Shown here in pieces: positions 8,973-19,400 of a DNA stretch of 64,000 bases (positions within the stretch are counted from its first letter, which is position 1; each line of letters starts with the position of its first letter). The position numbers and the translations under genes were made by a program. This stretch comes from Bacteroides sp. Its GTDB lineage: Bacteria > Bacteroidota > Bacteroidia > Bacteroidales > SM23-62. The DNA lies in contig DRHS01000127.1 in the NCBI GenBank assembly GCA_011053095.1, positions 27,035 to 91,034 on the forward strand. The letters run 5' to 3'. A model generated the notes under the pieces. That model saw nothing but the letters and a program-made list of their open reading frames with translations. It ran no database searches and was not told the DNA's origin.

Positions 8973-9803
8973 ATGAGCGATAAAGGGAATAAAAAAAATC
9001 ATAAACATTCCGGTTCCGGAAAAGAGCACAAAAGGCTTAACAAGCAGTTTTACTTCGAAGAGCTTGAACGTCTGCAGACAGAGCTCGTCAAAATGCACGA
9101 ATGGGTAAGGGAAAAAGGGCTGAGGATTGTTGTTGTGTTTGAAGGAAGGGATGCCGCCGGGAAAGGTGGCGTAATTAAGAGAATAACCCAGAAGCTCAAT
9201 CCAAGGGTATGCAAGGTTGTTGCCCTCGGAGTTCCTACCGAGAGAGAAAAAACCCAATGGTATTTTCAGCGCTATGTTCCTCATCTTCCTGCAAAGGGAG
9301 AGATTGTATTGTTTGACCGCAGCTGGTACAACCGGGCAGGTGTTGAACGTGTAATGGGATTCTGTACGGATGATGAGTATTGGGACTTCCTGAGGTCTTG
9401 TCCCCGTTTCGAAGAAATGCTTATTCATTCCGAAACAATTCTTATAAAATACTGGTTCTCAGTTAGTGATGATGAGCAGGAAAAGCGTTTCCTTGAACGT
9501 ATAGATGATCCTACAAAAAACTGGAAATTCAGTAAAATGGATGTCACGGCCCGCACAAAATGGATAGAATATTCCAAAGCAAAGGATGAGATGTTTGCCT
9601 ACACCGATACAAAAGTATCTCCCTGGTGGGTTGTGGAAGCTGATGACAAGAGAAGGGCCCGCCTGAATTGCATTCACCACTTCCTGAAAATGATACCCTA
9701 TAAGGAAATCAAGCACGAACAGATCAAGTTGCCTCCGATTAGTATGGAAGGGTATGTCCGCCCCCCCATTACCGAGCAGACATTTGTACCGGAAGTATTC
9801 TGA
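8973..9803 (+). CDS. ppk2: polyphosphate kinase 2 (PPK2)
   Basis: FEGRDAAGKGG Walker-A-like motif and PPK2 lid region (DRSWYNR), 276 aa. Confidence 0.9.
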   Translation: MSDKGNKKNHKHSGSGKEHKRLNKQFYFEELERLQTELVKMHEWVREKGLRIVVVFEGRDAAGKGGVIKRITQKLNPRVCKVVALGVPTEREKTQWYFQRYVPHLPAKGEIVLFDRSWYNRAGVERVMGFCTDDEYWDFLRSCPRFEEMLIHSETILIKYWFSVSDDEQEKRFLERIDDPTKNWKFSKMDVTARTKWIEYSKAKDEMFAYTDTKVSPWWVVEADDKRRARLNCIHHFLKMIPYKEIKHEQIKLPPISMEGYVRPPITEQTFVPEVF

Positions 9804-9826
9804 GACCAGGGTCCTTGAATCCGGGC

Positions 9827-11755
9827 CTATTGCTTTACAATCTTAGCAGTATAGGCCTCTTTTCCGTCCTCAACCTGCAGAAGATAAAGTCCCTGTACAA
9901 GATTTTGGGTATACATGGTTACCTTTTGAGAAGAACTCTGGATTTTGTTTATAATCTTTCCACTCAGATCACTCAGAGTTATTACCCTCTCTCCCGCTCC
10001 TGATTGAAATACAATATTAAGTTCGTCTCCGAAAGGATTCGGATTAACACTGAAATGACCATTCGTAATCACTTTCCTGACTACCAGCGATCTGTCAAGA
10101 ACCCAGTTTTCAGGATCCGGAACAAGCGATACAACCGCTTCCCTGAAAGGCATTGAAATCCTCATTGAAGGCTTGTCGATAATGGTTCTGAAAACCGAGT
10201 CAGATCCCGATTCAGATTCTATGCTGAAATCCATGCTTGTCCTGAAGAAAGGCGTCTCAACTGAGCTGCCTGTCTGGCTGACATCAATAATCAGGCTGTC
10301 GCTGGTCTGCCACCAGGTATAATTGAAGGAAGGAAATCCCTGGCCATAATACCACTGGTCAAAAAACCATCCATAATCTGATCCTGAAACCTCATTCAGC
10401 ACATTCCTAAAATCATCACCGGTGGCAACACTGTCAGAAAACTGCTCAGTAAAAGTTCTGAGTAAATCAAAGAAAAGGTTGTCATCATTAAGCTCATACC
10501 GGATCATATGAAGAAGTGAGGCTCCTTTTTTATAGGACATGGCCATGCTAAAAATCCTGAACTCATTTGTTGCATCTTCCTCCGGTATATATACGCTTCC
10601 TTCCGGCTCTGACATTGCCCACTCATGAGCGTTTGCCATCCACATATCAGCCTCCTGTCTGGATTTTAAATATTCCTGGGCAAGATATTCACCATAAGAA
10701 GCAAATCCCTCGTTGATCCATATATCCTGCCAGCTGGCACATGTAACATTATCACCATACCATTGGTGAGTGAGCTCATGAGCCACAAGGTTAAACCGGA
10801 AACTTGACAATGAAGTCATAGTCTGATGTTCCATTCCTCCACCCATAGGAGCAAGGCAGTGACCGTATTTCTCCTTCCAGAAAGGATAATCCGAAAAGAT
10901 ATCCGAATACAGATGAATCATATCAGCTGTCTCATCGATATCATCCTTATTCTGTTCAAGATATCCTGGTACATTGTAGATATAATTCTGGATTAGTATC
11001 GAATCCTTAATGGATGCAGGTTTTGTATAAATACTGTAATCCTGGTAATTCGATACAGAAAGTGAAAGCAGATAATATGCCGTAGGATACAGGGTCTTCC
11101 AGTGGAACCGCAGTTCGTTTTCATCCAGGCTGTCAATCTCAACCAGTTTCCCATTCGATCCGGCCATTAGTCCCTCAGCCACAGTAAGCCAGACATCAGC
11201 AGAATCAGCTTTATCATTCAGCACCTGTTTGCATACAAACCAATCGCGGGCGGCAAATGGCTCTGAGAGAGTGTATGTAACCCGGGTTCCCCATTGGGAA
11301 TCTGTCTTGTTCGAAATCCCGGAAAAGAATCCTCCCTTTTCCCCGCTTCCATTGTAATAAACTCTTACCACAAACAAATCATCCATAAGCACAGGTGAAG
11401 CCGGTGAGAATTTAATAAGATCATGTTCGTGTGTGAATGAACTGAGCTTCTGTCCACCAAAAAAAACGGAATCCACCTCCATAACGGATTTAAGCTCAAA
11501 TACCAGTTCCTGTATCTGCTCAAGTGCGGTTGCCTGTATATCGGTAAATCCGCTTATGTAAGTATTCGAATCAGTTACATTCAGAGAAATACCATAATGG
11601 CTTACATCATATTTCAGAAGAGCAGAATCCTGAACATGCGTGGGAACGCTTTTCAAATTAAAGGCCCTATGACCGGAGCAGTCAAGATCTGTTGTCTCTG
11701 CAAGGCATAAAATCGGCAGCAGTGCAATTATTGCAGGCAGGAAATATCTCTTCAT
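9827..11755 (-). CDS. secreted M1 family metallopeptidase with T9SS C-terminal sorting domain
   Basis: Signal peptide. GGMEHQT (GxMEN-like). HELTHQWYGD...WINEGFASYGE (HExxH-18-E). C-terminal ~80 aa resemble a Por/T9SS CTD (NPNPFGDELNIVF...LYLLQV). Confidence 0.9.
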   Translation of the reverse strand: MKRYFLPAIIALLPILCLAETTDLDCSGHRAFNLKSVPTHVQDSALLKYDVSHYGISLNVTDSNTYISGFTDIQATALEQIQELVFELKSVMEVDSVFFGGQKLSSFTHEHDLIKFSPASPVLMDDLFVVRVYYNGSGEKGGFFSGISNKTDSQWGTRVTYTLSEPFAARDWFVCKQVLNDKADSADVWLTVAEGLMAGSNGKLVEIDSLDENELRFHWKTLYPTAYYLLSLSVSNYQDYSIYTKPASIKDSILIQNYIYNVPGYLEQNKDDIDETADMIHLYSDIFSDYPFWKEKYGHCLAPMGGGMEHQTMTSLSSFRFNLVAHELTHQWYGDNVTCASWQDIWINEGFASYGEYLAQEYLKSRQEADMWMANAHEWAMSEPEGSVYIPEEDATNEFRIFSMAMSYKKGASLLHMIRYELNDDNLFFDLLRTFTEQFSDSVATGDDFRNVLNEVSGSDYGWFFDQWYYGQGFPSFNYTWWQTSDSLIIDVSQTGSSVETPFFRTSMDFSIESESGSDSVFRTIIDKPSMRISMPFREAVVSLVPDPENWVLDRSLVVRKVITNGHFSVNPNPFGDELNIVFQSGAGERVITLSDLSGKIINKIQSSSQKVTMYTQNLVQGLYLLQVEDGKEAYTAKIVKQ

Positions 11756-11787
11756 CTAACTCTAAATTCGGGTCAAAGTTAATAAAA

Positions 11788-12756
11788 CTAAAGGAGGGAT
11801 GGGGCTTTGATCAGGTGGTTTTTTCCATTGCTGTGAAGGGCATACTCGAAACCTTCCCTCAGGCAATATCCCGCAGTGTTGCCGGATTTGTTCAGTGCTA
11901 TATATCCTACCTGATGTTCTGAATCCAGAGGTACTTTTCTGCGGATGCGCTCCAGAGCTTCTCTGCATGCTTCTTCGGGACCTGCTCCGTTTCTCATAAG
12001 TTCCACAACCAGAAAGGAGCCAAGTGTTTTCATAACCAGTTCGCCCCATCCGGTAGCTGCCGCTCCTCCTACCTCATTATCAACATAAAGCCCTGCACCG
12101 ATTATGGGAGAGTCCCCTACCCTCCCCGGCATCTTGAATCCCAGTCCACTCGTAGTACAGGCTCCTGCGATATCTCCGGATTTATCCATTCCAACCAAGC
12201 CAATTGTATCATGACCTACAGGGGATAAATTATTCTTCAGGGCTTTCTCTTTTTCCCATGCTTTTTTTGCTCTCGGGGTAAGCAGGTTCTCCCTGGGAAA
12301 TCCCTCTTTTTCTGCAAATTTTTGAGCACCCTCACCAACCAGCATAACATGAGGTGTTTTCTCCATAACTTTTCTCGCGACTGAGATCGGATGCATAATT
12401 TCTTTAATACAGGCTACCGAACCTGCATCACCTGAGGGATCCATGATGCATGCATCCAGTGTAACATTGCCATCTGCATCCGGCAATCCCCCGTATCCGA
12501 CTGATCCTATATCCGGATCTGCCTCGCTAATCCTTACTCCTGCTTCCACAGCATCAAGGATGGAACCTCCGGATAATAATGACTGATAGGCCGCTTCATT
12601 GGCCGGGATGCCATGATCCCAGGTAGAGATAATCACCGGACTGCCTGGGGCGGCAGACAAGCTCCCCGGTGCAACGGAAGATTTAACATTGTAAGGCAGG
12701 GTAACACCCAGGCTTGCTGCCAGTGAGGATAGAAGAAATTTTCTCCGGTCTATCAT
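11788..12756 (-). CDS. N4-(beta-N-acetylglucosaminyl)-L-asparaginase / isoaspartyl peptidase (Ntn hydrolase)
   Basis: Tat-like signal (DRRKFLLSSLAASLG). HDTIGLVGMD autoprocessing/nucleophile Thr motif. GAGLY and GAAATGWGE motifs. Confidence 0.85.
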   Translation of the reverse strand: MIDRRKFLLSSLAASLGVTLPYNVKSSVAPGSLSAAPGSPVIISTWDHGIPANEAAYQSLLSGGSILDAVEAGVRISEADPDIGSVGYGGLPDADGNVTLDACIMDPSGDAGSVACIKEIMHPISVARKVMEKTPHVMLVGEGAQKFAEKEGFPRENLLTPRAKKAWEKEKALKNNLSPVGHDTIGLVGMDKSGDIAGACTTSGLGFKMPGRVGDSPIIGAGLYVDNEVGGAAATGWGELVMKTLGSFLVVELMRNGAGPEEACREALERIRRKVPLDSEHQVGYIALNKSGNTAGYCLREGFEYALHSNGKNHLIKAPSLL

Positions 12757-12770
12757 GGCTATTGGTAGTT

Positions 12771-13805
12771 TTACAGAACACTGAACTTATATATGGTTTT
12801 TTGAGTATACGTTTCTCCCGGTCTGAGGATAGTATCGGGAAATCCGGGTTGATTTGGAGAATCAGGAAAGTGCTGGGTTTCCAGGCATAGGGCCTGGTGT
12901 TTCTTGTAGGTCTGTCCACCTTTCCCCTGTACACCTTCCAGAAAATTGGAACTGTAAAACTGCATTCCCGGTTCAGTTGTAAGCACTTCCATAACCCTGC
13001 CGCTTTCAGGGTGTAATACTCTGGCAGTGAATCCGGGATCTTCATTGTCTTCCCCCAAAACATAACAATGGTCAAATCCACCTTCCTGCTTCTCAATGGC
13101 AGAACCGATGGATTTTTGTATTCGGAAGTCCAGGGGACTCCCATCTACTGATACTATTTCACCTGTAGGTATAAGATCTTTATCACATTCCACATACTGA
13201 TCCGATTCAATCATTAGCTCATGGTCATATATTGGCAGGGATCCGCCTCCAAGGTTAAAATAGGCATGGTGTGTCAGATTCAAAGGAGTTGCCTTATCGG
13301 TGGTTGCCTTATAGTCAATGCAGACCTGATTATCCTTATCAAGGGTAAAAGTAACCCTGAGTTTCAGATTACCGGGATAGCCCTCCTCCATATCATGGCT
13401 GAGGTATGTAAGCGTGACTCCTGCACCTTTATCGTCGGCAAATTCAGTCGCATCCCAGAGTACCTTATCGTAACCTTTTAGTCCCCCGTGAAGATGATTC
13501 TCCCCATGATTCTGTGCCAGTCTGTACTCTTTCCCATCAAGAGAAAATCTGCCTCCGGCGATCCTGTTTGCAAACCGCCCGACCAGGGTACCTATGAAAG
13601 CCTGGTTGCCGATGTAGCCGGCAAGATTATCAAAACCAAGCACCACATCAGCAAATTCACCATTTTTTCCGGGAACAAATATGGACTGAATAATTCCTCC
13701 GTAATTTGAAATTTTTAGTTGCAGTCCGGCGGGATTGACTGCCGTGAAAAGGTAGGCTTCACCGTTATCCGGAAGTTGTCCGAATACTTCTCTTGAAACT
13801 TTCAT
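12771..13805 (-). CDS. galM: aldose 1-epimerase (galactose mutarotase)
   Basis: 344 aa. GRFANRIAGGRFSLDG and NHLHGG motifs typical of GalM. Confidence 0.9.
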   Translation of the reverse strand: MKVSREVFGQLPDNGEAYLFTAVNPAGLQLKISNYGGIIQSIFVPGKNGEFADVVLGFDNLAGYIGNQAFIGTLVGRFANRIAGGRFSLDGKEYRLAQNHGENHLHGGLKGYDKVLWDATEFADDKGAGVTLTYLSHDMEEGYPGNLKLRVTFTLDKDNQVCIDYKATTDKATPLNLTHHAYFNLGGGSLPIYDHELMIESDQYVECDKDLIPTGEIVSVDGSPLDFRIQKSIGSAIEKQEGGFDHCYVLGEDNEDPGFTARVLHPESGRVMEVLTTEPGMQFYSSNFLEGVQGKGGQTYKKHQALCLETQHFPDSPNQPGFPDTILRPGETYTQKTIYKFSVL

Positions 13806-13947
13806 GCATGTTCTGGATTAGTTTACAACCTGACAAAAATAGTAAATTGGATAATGAATAAAACTTTTCCCTGCGGATGATCAAATATATTTTATATTTT
13901 TGGACCACTAAGCCAAATAAGATAATATACCTATAACAAAAAACGCT

Positions 13948-14787
13948 ATGAAAACATCTATGACCAGCAGCAGGGGAATACTCGGGATTATCCTGGCAAT
14001 CTCAATCCTTTTCTCCATTTCTGCATGCAAGAACCAGAAGACTTCAGAATCAGGAACTAATGCAGCAGACGCTACGGAAATGATCGAAGGAAAAGATGCC
14101 CTTATTAAGGAGATATCGGATTATCCTTTACCCACATCATTTGAAGTAACCACTATGCTTATCGAAGCCGGAGCAAGCTATATCCTTAACCTTTGCAACC
14201 ATGTTGACAATGTGGACAAATACATTAACCTAAAAAGCAAAGCCCTGAACCTCGGTGTTTACGGAGCAGATTTAAGTTATGCAGCCACCTATAAACAAAC
14301 CCAGGAAACCATGCAATATCTGAGTGCCAGTGCAAAGCTGATCGATGAGCTTCAGATAGGGTCGTTTGACGAAGCGCTTGTAAATGAAGTTGAATCCAAT
14401 GTAGATGATGTGGATGCATTGATCACACTTATCTCAGATTCATTCTATAAAACATACGAATACCTGAACAATAATGAACAGGATGAACTTTCCATTCTTG
14501 TTATGGCAGGGAGCTGGATAGAAGCATTTTACATTTCAACACAGATCAGCATTATCAGTGCGGATAACCAAAAGATTGTTGATGTGATAAATGATCAACG
14601 TTTTTCTCTTGAAAAGCTTCTCAGTGTTATGGAACCGGTTTCCGCTAGTGAAATGAGCGCAGATGTATACAGTGGACTCATAATCCTGCAGAAAATCTAT
14701 CAGGATGCAGGAGACAATCTTTCAGGCGAGAGTCTTGAATCACTTATTCTCCAAACCGAAAATCTCAGGACACAGATAATTTCCTGA
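13948..14787 (+). CDS. hypothetical helical lipoprotein
   Basis: Lipobox LFSISAC. 279 aa, acidic and helical. Followed by a strong terminator. Confidence 0.7.
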   Translation: MKTSMTSSRGILGIILAISILFSISACKNQKTSESGTNAADATEMIEGKDALIKEISDYPLPTSFEVTTMLIEAGASYILNLCNHVDNVDKYINLKSKALNLGVYGADLSYAATYKQTQETMQYLSASAKLIDELQIGSFDEALVNEVESNVDDVDALITLISDSFYKTYEYLNNNEQDELSILVMAGSWIEAFYISTQISIISADNQKIVDVINDQRFSLEKLLSVMEPVSASEMSADVYSGLIILQKIYQDAGDNLSGESLESLILQTENLRTQIIS

Positions 14788-14811
14788 CATTGGTAAAATA
14801 CTTTTAATAAT

Positions 14812-14842
14812 AAAGCCGCCCCGAAATAACCGGGGCGGCTTT
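14812..14842 (+). terminator. rho-independent terminator
   Basis: Perfect 12-bp stem AAAGCCGCCCCG / CGGGGCGGCTTT with a 7-nt loop. Followed by a T/A-rich (TTA)6 tract. Confidence 0.8.
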
Positions 14843-14858
14843 ATTATTATTATTATTA
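14841..14858. repeat. (TTA)6 microsatellite
   Basis: Six perfect tandem TTA units directly after the terminator stem. Confidence 0.9.
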
Positions 14859-14933
14859 ACTCTGCTGACCCTGTCAACCGGAGATTTCTTATTTTCATTA
14901 TTTAATTACTTTTACTGTACAATCGTCAGATAA

Positions 14934-17900
14934 ATGAGTGAATCTATTCTCAATGCTCTTATGCGCCTGTTTGCTGTATTTGCTACGGTTCAGGATGAGA
15001 ATGTCTCAGAAACAGGGAAAAATATCGTTACTTCTTTCCTGCTTCGTTATCTCAATAAGGAGGATGTCATAGAAGAATATATCGGACTCTTCCATGACTA
15101 CCATGATTTTTATCGCAGGGAGGCCGCCTCACCTGTTGAGGATACAGGATTTCAGACCTCCTCTCTGGATGCTGAAAATATCTCAAGGATCTGCATACAA
15201 ATCCGCAAAGAACTAAACAGTAATGAGAGGATTATCGTGCTGTTCCGTCTCATTGAATTTGTCTATGAGGACAAGCTGATAACCGATCTTGAAAGGGAAT
15301 TTGTGAAGATAGTCGGGGAAGCGTTTTCCATTAAAGGCGATGAACTGGACAATGCTCTTTTGTTTATTGAGGAAGGAAAAGAACATCTGATACGAGAAGA
15401 TTACACTGTGGTCGTACAGTCCGAAATCCCGATATCAATTGAAGAGCTGGAAGGAGACTGGATCGATAAGAACCGTCCGGAGCAGGAATATCCGAATCAT
15501 ATTCTTCTGAAGAAAGGATTACAGGGGGAGGTATTCATACTGCATTTCAAGAGCCTGAATGGGATGGTCATGAAATATGTCGGACCGGATATCCTGACCA
15601 TTGATGGAAATCTTCTCGATACCAGCAAGGTTTATTTTTTCGGTAGTGGTTCAATAATTCGTGGCAGTGGTTTTGGAGCAATCTATTATACCGAGGTAGC
15701 CAGCAGGTTCCTTCAGTCTTCAGAAGGAATCCGGATAACTGTAAATGCAGAAGATATTGAATTCCGGTTCCTGAATAGTGATAACGGAATCCGCCGCTTT
15801 AGTTTTTCAGAGGATTCGGGACAGCTGATCGGTATCATGGGCGGAAGTGGTGTGGGAAAATCAACCCTGCTGATGCTTCTCAGTGGTCAGCTGCCATTGA
15901 CCAACGGGAAGATCAGTATCAATAATTATGATTTGCACCGTGACACCTTCAAGCTAAAAGGAATAATTGGTTTTGTACCACAAGATGACCTTCTCTTCGA
16001 GGATCTGACTGTATACCAGAATCTCTATTACAATGCCAGGCTATGTTTTGGTTACTATTCAGAATTTCAGCTGCAGGAAGTTGTCAGCACGGTAATGAAT
16101 GAACTTGACCTTTTTGAGATTAAAGATCTTAAAGTCGGTACACCCTTGAATAAGCTTATAAGCGGGGGACAAAGAAAAAGGCTGAACATTGCACTGGAAC
16201 TTATGCGTGAGCCTTCCATATTGTTTATTGATGAACCTACTTCCGGACTGTCTTCCATGGACGCGGAAAATGTGATCCGGCTTCTGAAGGAACAAACCGC
16301 AAAAGGTAAACTGGTCATTGCCAATATCCACCAGCCCAATTCCAATATCTTCAAAATGCTGGATAAACTATGGGTTCTTGACAAAGGTGGATTCCCCGTT
16401 TATTCCGGGAATCCTATCGATGCAATCCTGTATTTCAAAAAGCTTAGCAGCTTTGCCGAGGCAACGGAGGTCGAATGCGGTTCATGCGGTCATGTGAACC
16501 CTGACCAGATTCTTGAAATTGTGGAAGCAAAGCTTGTGGATGAAGAGGGAAAGTATTCCCTCGAAAGAAAAATTTCCCCGGAAACCTGGTACGAACATTA
16601 CCAGCAGAACATTGCTCCGGAAGTTACAATGAAGGAAACCAAAAAGATACTTCCTTCCAGCCTTTTCCGCATACCGGATATGACTGTTCAGTTCAAGGTA
16701 TTCTTCATCCGAAATCTTCTTTCGAAAATTTCCAACCGACAGTATATTCTTATTAACCTTCTCGAAGCTCCGGTACTCGCATTCGTACTGGCATATTTTA
16801 CCAAGTACATGCCCGGCAACGAATATATTTTCAGTGAAAACAAGAATCTGCCGGCCTACCTGTTTATGTCTGTAATAGTGGCCATTTTCATTGGAATGAT
16901 CGTAAGCGCTGAGGAAATCATCAAAGACAGGAAGGTACTGCACCGGGAGGCATTTCTGAACCTTAGCTGGTTCTCATACCTGAATTCCAAACTACTGTAC
17001 CTGTTTGCTCTTTCTGCCGTACAGATGCTGCTATACGTGCTGGTCGGAAACTGGATTCTTGAGATTAAAGGCATGACCCTGACCTACTGGCTTGTACTGT
17101 TCAGTACTGCCGCATGTGCCAATATGCTGGGACTGAATATCTCTTCCGGGATGGATTCAAGGGTAAACATCTATATCATTATCCCACTGATCCTTATTCC
17201 CCAGTTACTGCTAAGTGGAGTGACCGTAAAATTTGATGACCTTCATAAAAGCCTTACCTCAAAGGTCCACGTTCCTTTTATCGGAGACCTGATGATATCA
17301 AGATGGTCCTTTGAAACCCTGGCAGTTGACCAGGCCAAAAGCAACCGCTTTGATAAGAATTTTTACGCCTTCGACCAGATGTCAAGCGAGTCAAGATTTA
17401 AAACTTCCTTTTTAATCCCCAGGCTTATCAACAAGCTGGAAGAATGCAATCGGAATCTTGGCGTCGAGGGTGACCAGGAATTACTCAGGAACAATCTTGA
17501 ACTGCTTTCAAATGAGGTTGAAAAGCTTGGAAGCCACGAAGATCTGTTTGAATTTGAGTACCTAAGTAAACTGAATATTAATGATTTTTATGTAGAGTAT
17601 TCAACAGAATTGGAGGACTGGCTGGCATATATTCGTTTTTATTATATGGATTTATCCAGGGATGCAAGTCAAAGAAAGGAGCAGGCATATACAAGACTTG
17701 TTGATTCCCTGAGTTCGGATGCCGTTTTCGAAATGCGCCAAAAATATCACAACGACCAACTCTTCGACCAGGTAACAAACCGTCTTGAAGTGGAAAAAAT
17801 ACTCGAAGTAAAAAACCGCCTTATACAGAAATCCGATCCAATTTACATCATCCCGGAATCAAACCTGGGAAGGGCACATTTTTATGCGCCTTTCAAATTA

Positions 17901-18047
17901 TTCAACAACCAGCTTACAGATACCAAATGGTTTAATATCACAATGCTCTGGGGATTCTCCTTTGTTCTGTACTTGGCTCTTCTTCTCAATCTTCTCAGGC
18001 GCATAATCAATTTCATGAATTCTTTCAGGCTTCGTAAAAAGTCCTGA
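14934..18047 (+). CDS. fused ABC transporter (ATPase + ABC-2/ABCG-type permease) with ~290-aa N-terminal extension
   Basis: Walker A GGSGVGKST, signature LSGGQRKR, Walker B ILFIDEPTSGL. Downstream multi-TM ABC-2-like region, then a long C-terminal region ending in one TM helix. Confidence 0.9.
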   Translation: MSESILNALMRLFAVFATVQDENVSETGKNIVTSFLLRYLNKEDVIEEYIGLFHDYHDFYRREAASPVEDTGFQTSSLDAENISRICIQIRKELNSNERIIVLFRLIEFVYEDKLITDLEREFVKIVGEAFSIKGDELDNALLFIEEGKEHLIREDYTVVVQSEIPISIEELEGDWIDKNRPEQEYPNHILLKKGLQGEVFILHFKSLNGMVMKYVGPDILTIDGNLLDTSKVYFFGSGSIIRGSGFGAIYYTEVASRFLQSSEGIRITVNAEDIEFRFLNSDNGIRRFSFSEDSGQLIGIMGGSGVGKSTLLMLLSGQLPLTNGKISINNYDLHRDTFKLKGIIGFVPQDDLLFEDLTVYQNLYYNARLCFGYYSEFQLQEVVSTVMNELDLFEIKDLKVGTPLNKLISGGQRKRLNIALELMREPSILFIDEPTSGLSSMDAENVIRLLKEQTAKGKLVIANIHQPNSNIFKMLDKLWVLDKGGFPVYSGNPIDAILYFKKLSSFAEATEVECGSCGHVNPDQILEIVEAKLVDEEGKYSLERKISPETWYEHYQQNIAPEVTMKETKKILPSSLFRIPDMTVQFKVFFIRNLLSKISNRQYILINLLEAPVLAFVLAYFTKYMPGNEYIFSENKNLPAYLFMSVIVAIFIGMIVSAEEIIKDRKVLHREAFLNLSWFSYLNSKLLYLFALSAVQMLLYVLVGNWILEIKGMTLTYWLVLFSTAACANMLGLNISSGMDSRVNIYIIIPLILIPQLLLSGVTVKFDDLHKSLTSKVHVPFIGDLMISRWSFETLAVDQAKSNRFDKNFYAFDQMSSESRFKTSFLIPRLINKLEECNRNLGVEGDQELLRNNLELLSNEVEKLGSHEDLFEFEYLSKLNINDFYVEYSTELEDWLAYIRFYYMDLSRDASQRKEQAYTRLVDSLSSDAVFEMRQKYHNDQLFDQVTNRLEVEKILEVKNRLIQKSDPIYIIPESNLGRAHFYAPFKLFNNQLTDTKWFNITMLWGFSFVLYLALLLNLLRRIINFMNSFRLRKKS

Positions 18048-18064
18048 GTAATAAGCCTCTGACT

Positions 18065-19024
18065 ATGTTAAAAGCCATTAAACGGATAGCAAAACGAATT
18101 TTCATATTCATCCTGATCATATTTGCCGTATACCTTCTTATAAGTAATATTGACCTGATAAAAGAACTTGCATCAAAGGAGAAGATCAGTGCAGCTATCG
18201 ATGCTGATGCTGCAAACGGTATTGATGATCTTTTTGCCATCTACAGGATTCTGCTTGATGAGGATATTGAGCTCAGGGGACTCACATCAGCCCAATGGAG
18301 GTTGGTGGACCTGGAAAATGACAGTACCGTACACTCAAGCTGGCTGATCCACCGTTTTTTTCTTGAACAATTTTACAAAACCCGAATTCCTCATCCTGAA
18401 GGTGCAAACCTCCCCCTTGCATATACCCTCAATAAGGATAATAATGATAACCGGGCATCGGATGCAATAATTAAAATTGTCCAGGAATTACCTTATGGAC
18501 AAAAACTAAACATGATTTGCATGGGTTCGGCAACTAACCTTGCAACTGCCATCCGGGAACGTCCGGATATCTCAGACAAAATAATTTGTTTTATCATTGG
18601 ACCCAATTACGATCCTGCCAGAAGGGCCTGGAATAAAAATGACCCCACTTCCAGGCTTGATCTGGAAGCCATGAATATTTTACTGAATGAAAAAAACCTG
18701 GAGATCCACATGCTGCCATCCAATGTGGCTTCCGAATTCTTTCTGACACGAAAGTCCTTAGCAGAAACCTTGAATGCAAAAGACACAATCCAGAATTCCC
18801 TGCGATTTGCAGCGACGAATTCAGAATCCGGGAATGACACCATTTACTCTCCCAGCCTAGCCCTTGTTGAAGCCTTCCGCAACCCTGATATGTCTACCCA
18901 GAAGCAACTGATCGGTCCTCCTGAAAATTCCCAGCGCAAGATCTATGTCTACACACGGATCGATGCTGCCAGGATGGAAAAAGAATTTTTGGATTTCCTT
19001 GAAGATTATAATATAAGGGACTAA
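18065..19024 (+). CDS. membrane-anchored nucleoside hydrolase-like protein
   Basis: N-terminal TM helix followed by DADAANGIDDLFA, which resembles the DxDxxxDD IU-nucleoside-hydrolase motif. Lies 17 nt after the ABC gene. Confidence 0.65.
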   Translation: MLKAIKRIAKRIFIFILIIFAVYLLISNIDLIKELASKEKISAAIDADAANGIDDLFAIYRILLDEDIELRGLTSAQWRLVDLENDSTVHSSWLIHRFFLEQFYKTRIPHPEGANLPLAYTLNKDNNDNRASDAIIKIVQELPYGQKLNMICMGSATNLATAIRERPDISDKIICFIIGPNYDPARRAWNKNDPTSRLDLEAMNILLNEKNLEIHMLPSNVASEFFLTRKSLAETLNAKDTIQNSLRFAATNSESGNDTIYSPSLALVEAFRNPDMSTQKQLIGPPENSQRKIYVYTRIDAARMEKEFLDFLEDYNIRD

Positions 19025-19203
19025 TAATTATATCAGCCTGTTTACGGCCCCGGAATGTTTCCAGTCCCCGGCTTTATCCGTCCGGCCGTACCTGGCTCCT
19101 TTCCGTTATAAAAACGTTAAAATTCTCATTTCGTTGGAATTGCAGTGATGAGTTCCATAATATTGCAATTACTACATTAAGGTATTTATTTCTGAAATAT
19201 GCA

Positions 19204-19392
19204 ATGGACACTGGAAAACTGGTGATATTGATACTTGCGTTGATTTCATCTGCCGGATGTGAAAAGGAACACGGAGGTGAGGAAACTGAATATTCAAGCC
19301 AGTTTGATTATCTGGTTGACAAGGGGGAAATAACCGGGAACCTGAATCCATTTGCGCTTATTGAGAAAGTCAGGTATTACATGGCCGATTAA
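19204..19392 (+). CDS. small hypothetical lipoprotein
   Basis: 62 aa with lipobox LISSAGC. Confidence 0.45.
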   Translation: MDTGKLVILILALISSAGCEKEHGGEETEYSSQFDYLVDKGEITGNLNPFALIEKVRYYMAD

Positions 19393-19400
19393 CTTACTGA

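Noticed and set aside
14841-14858. (TTA)6 microsatellite as a possible phase-variation switch
   Set aside because: It lies in the T/A tail of a terminator, about 75 nt upstream of the next start, and not within a CDS or between the core -33/-7 promoter elements I could identify. It is probably just terminator-tail sequence.
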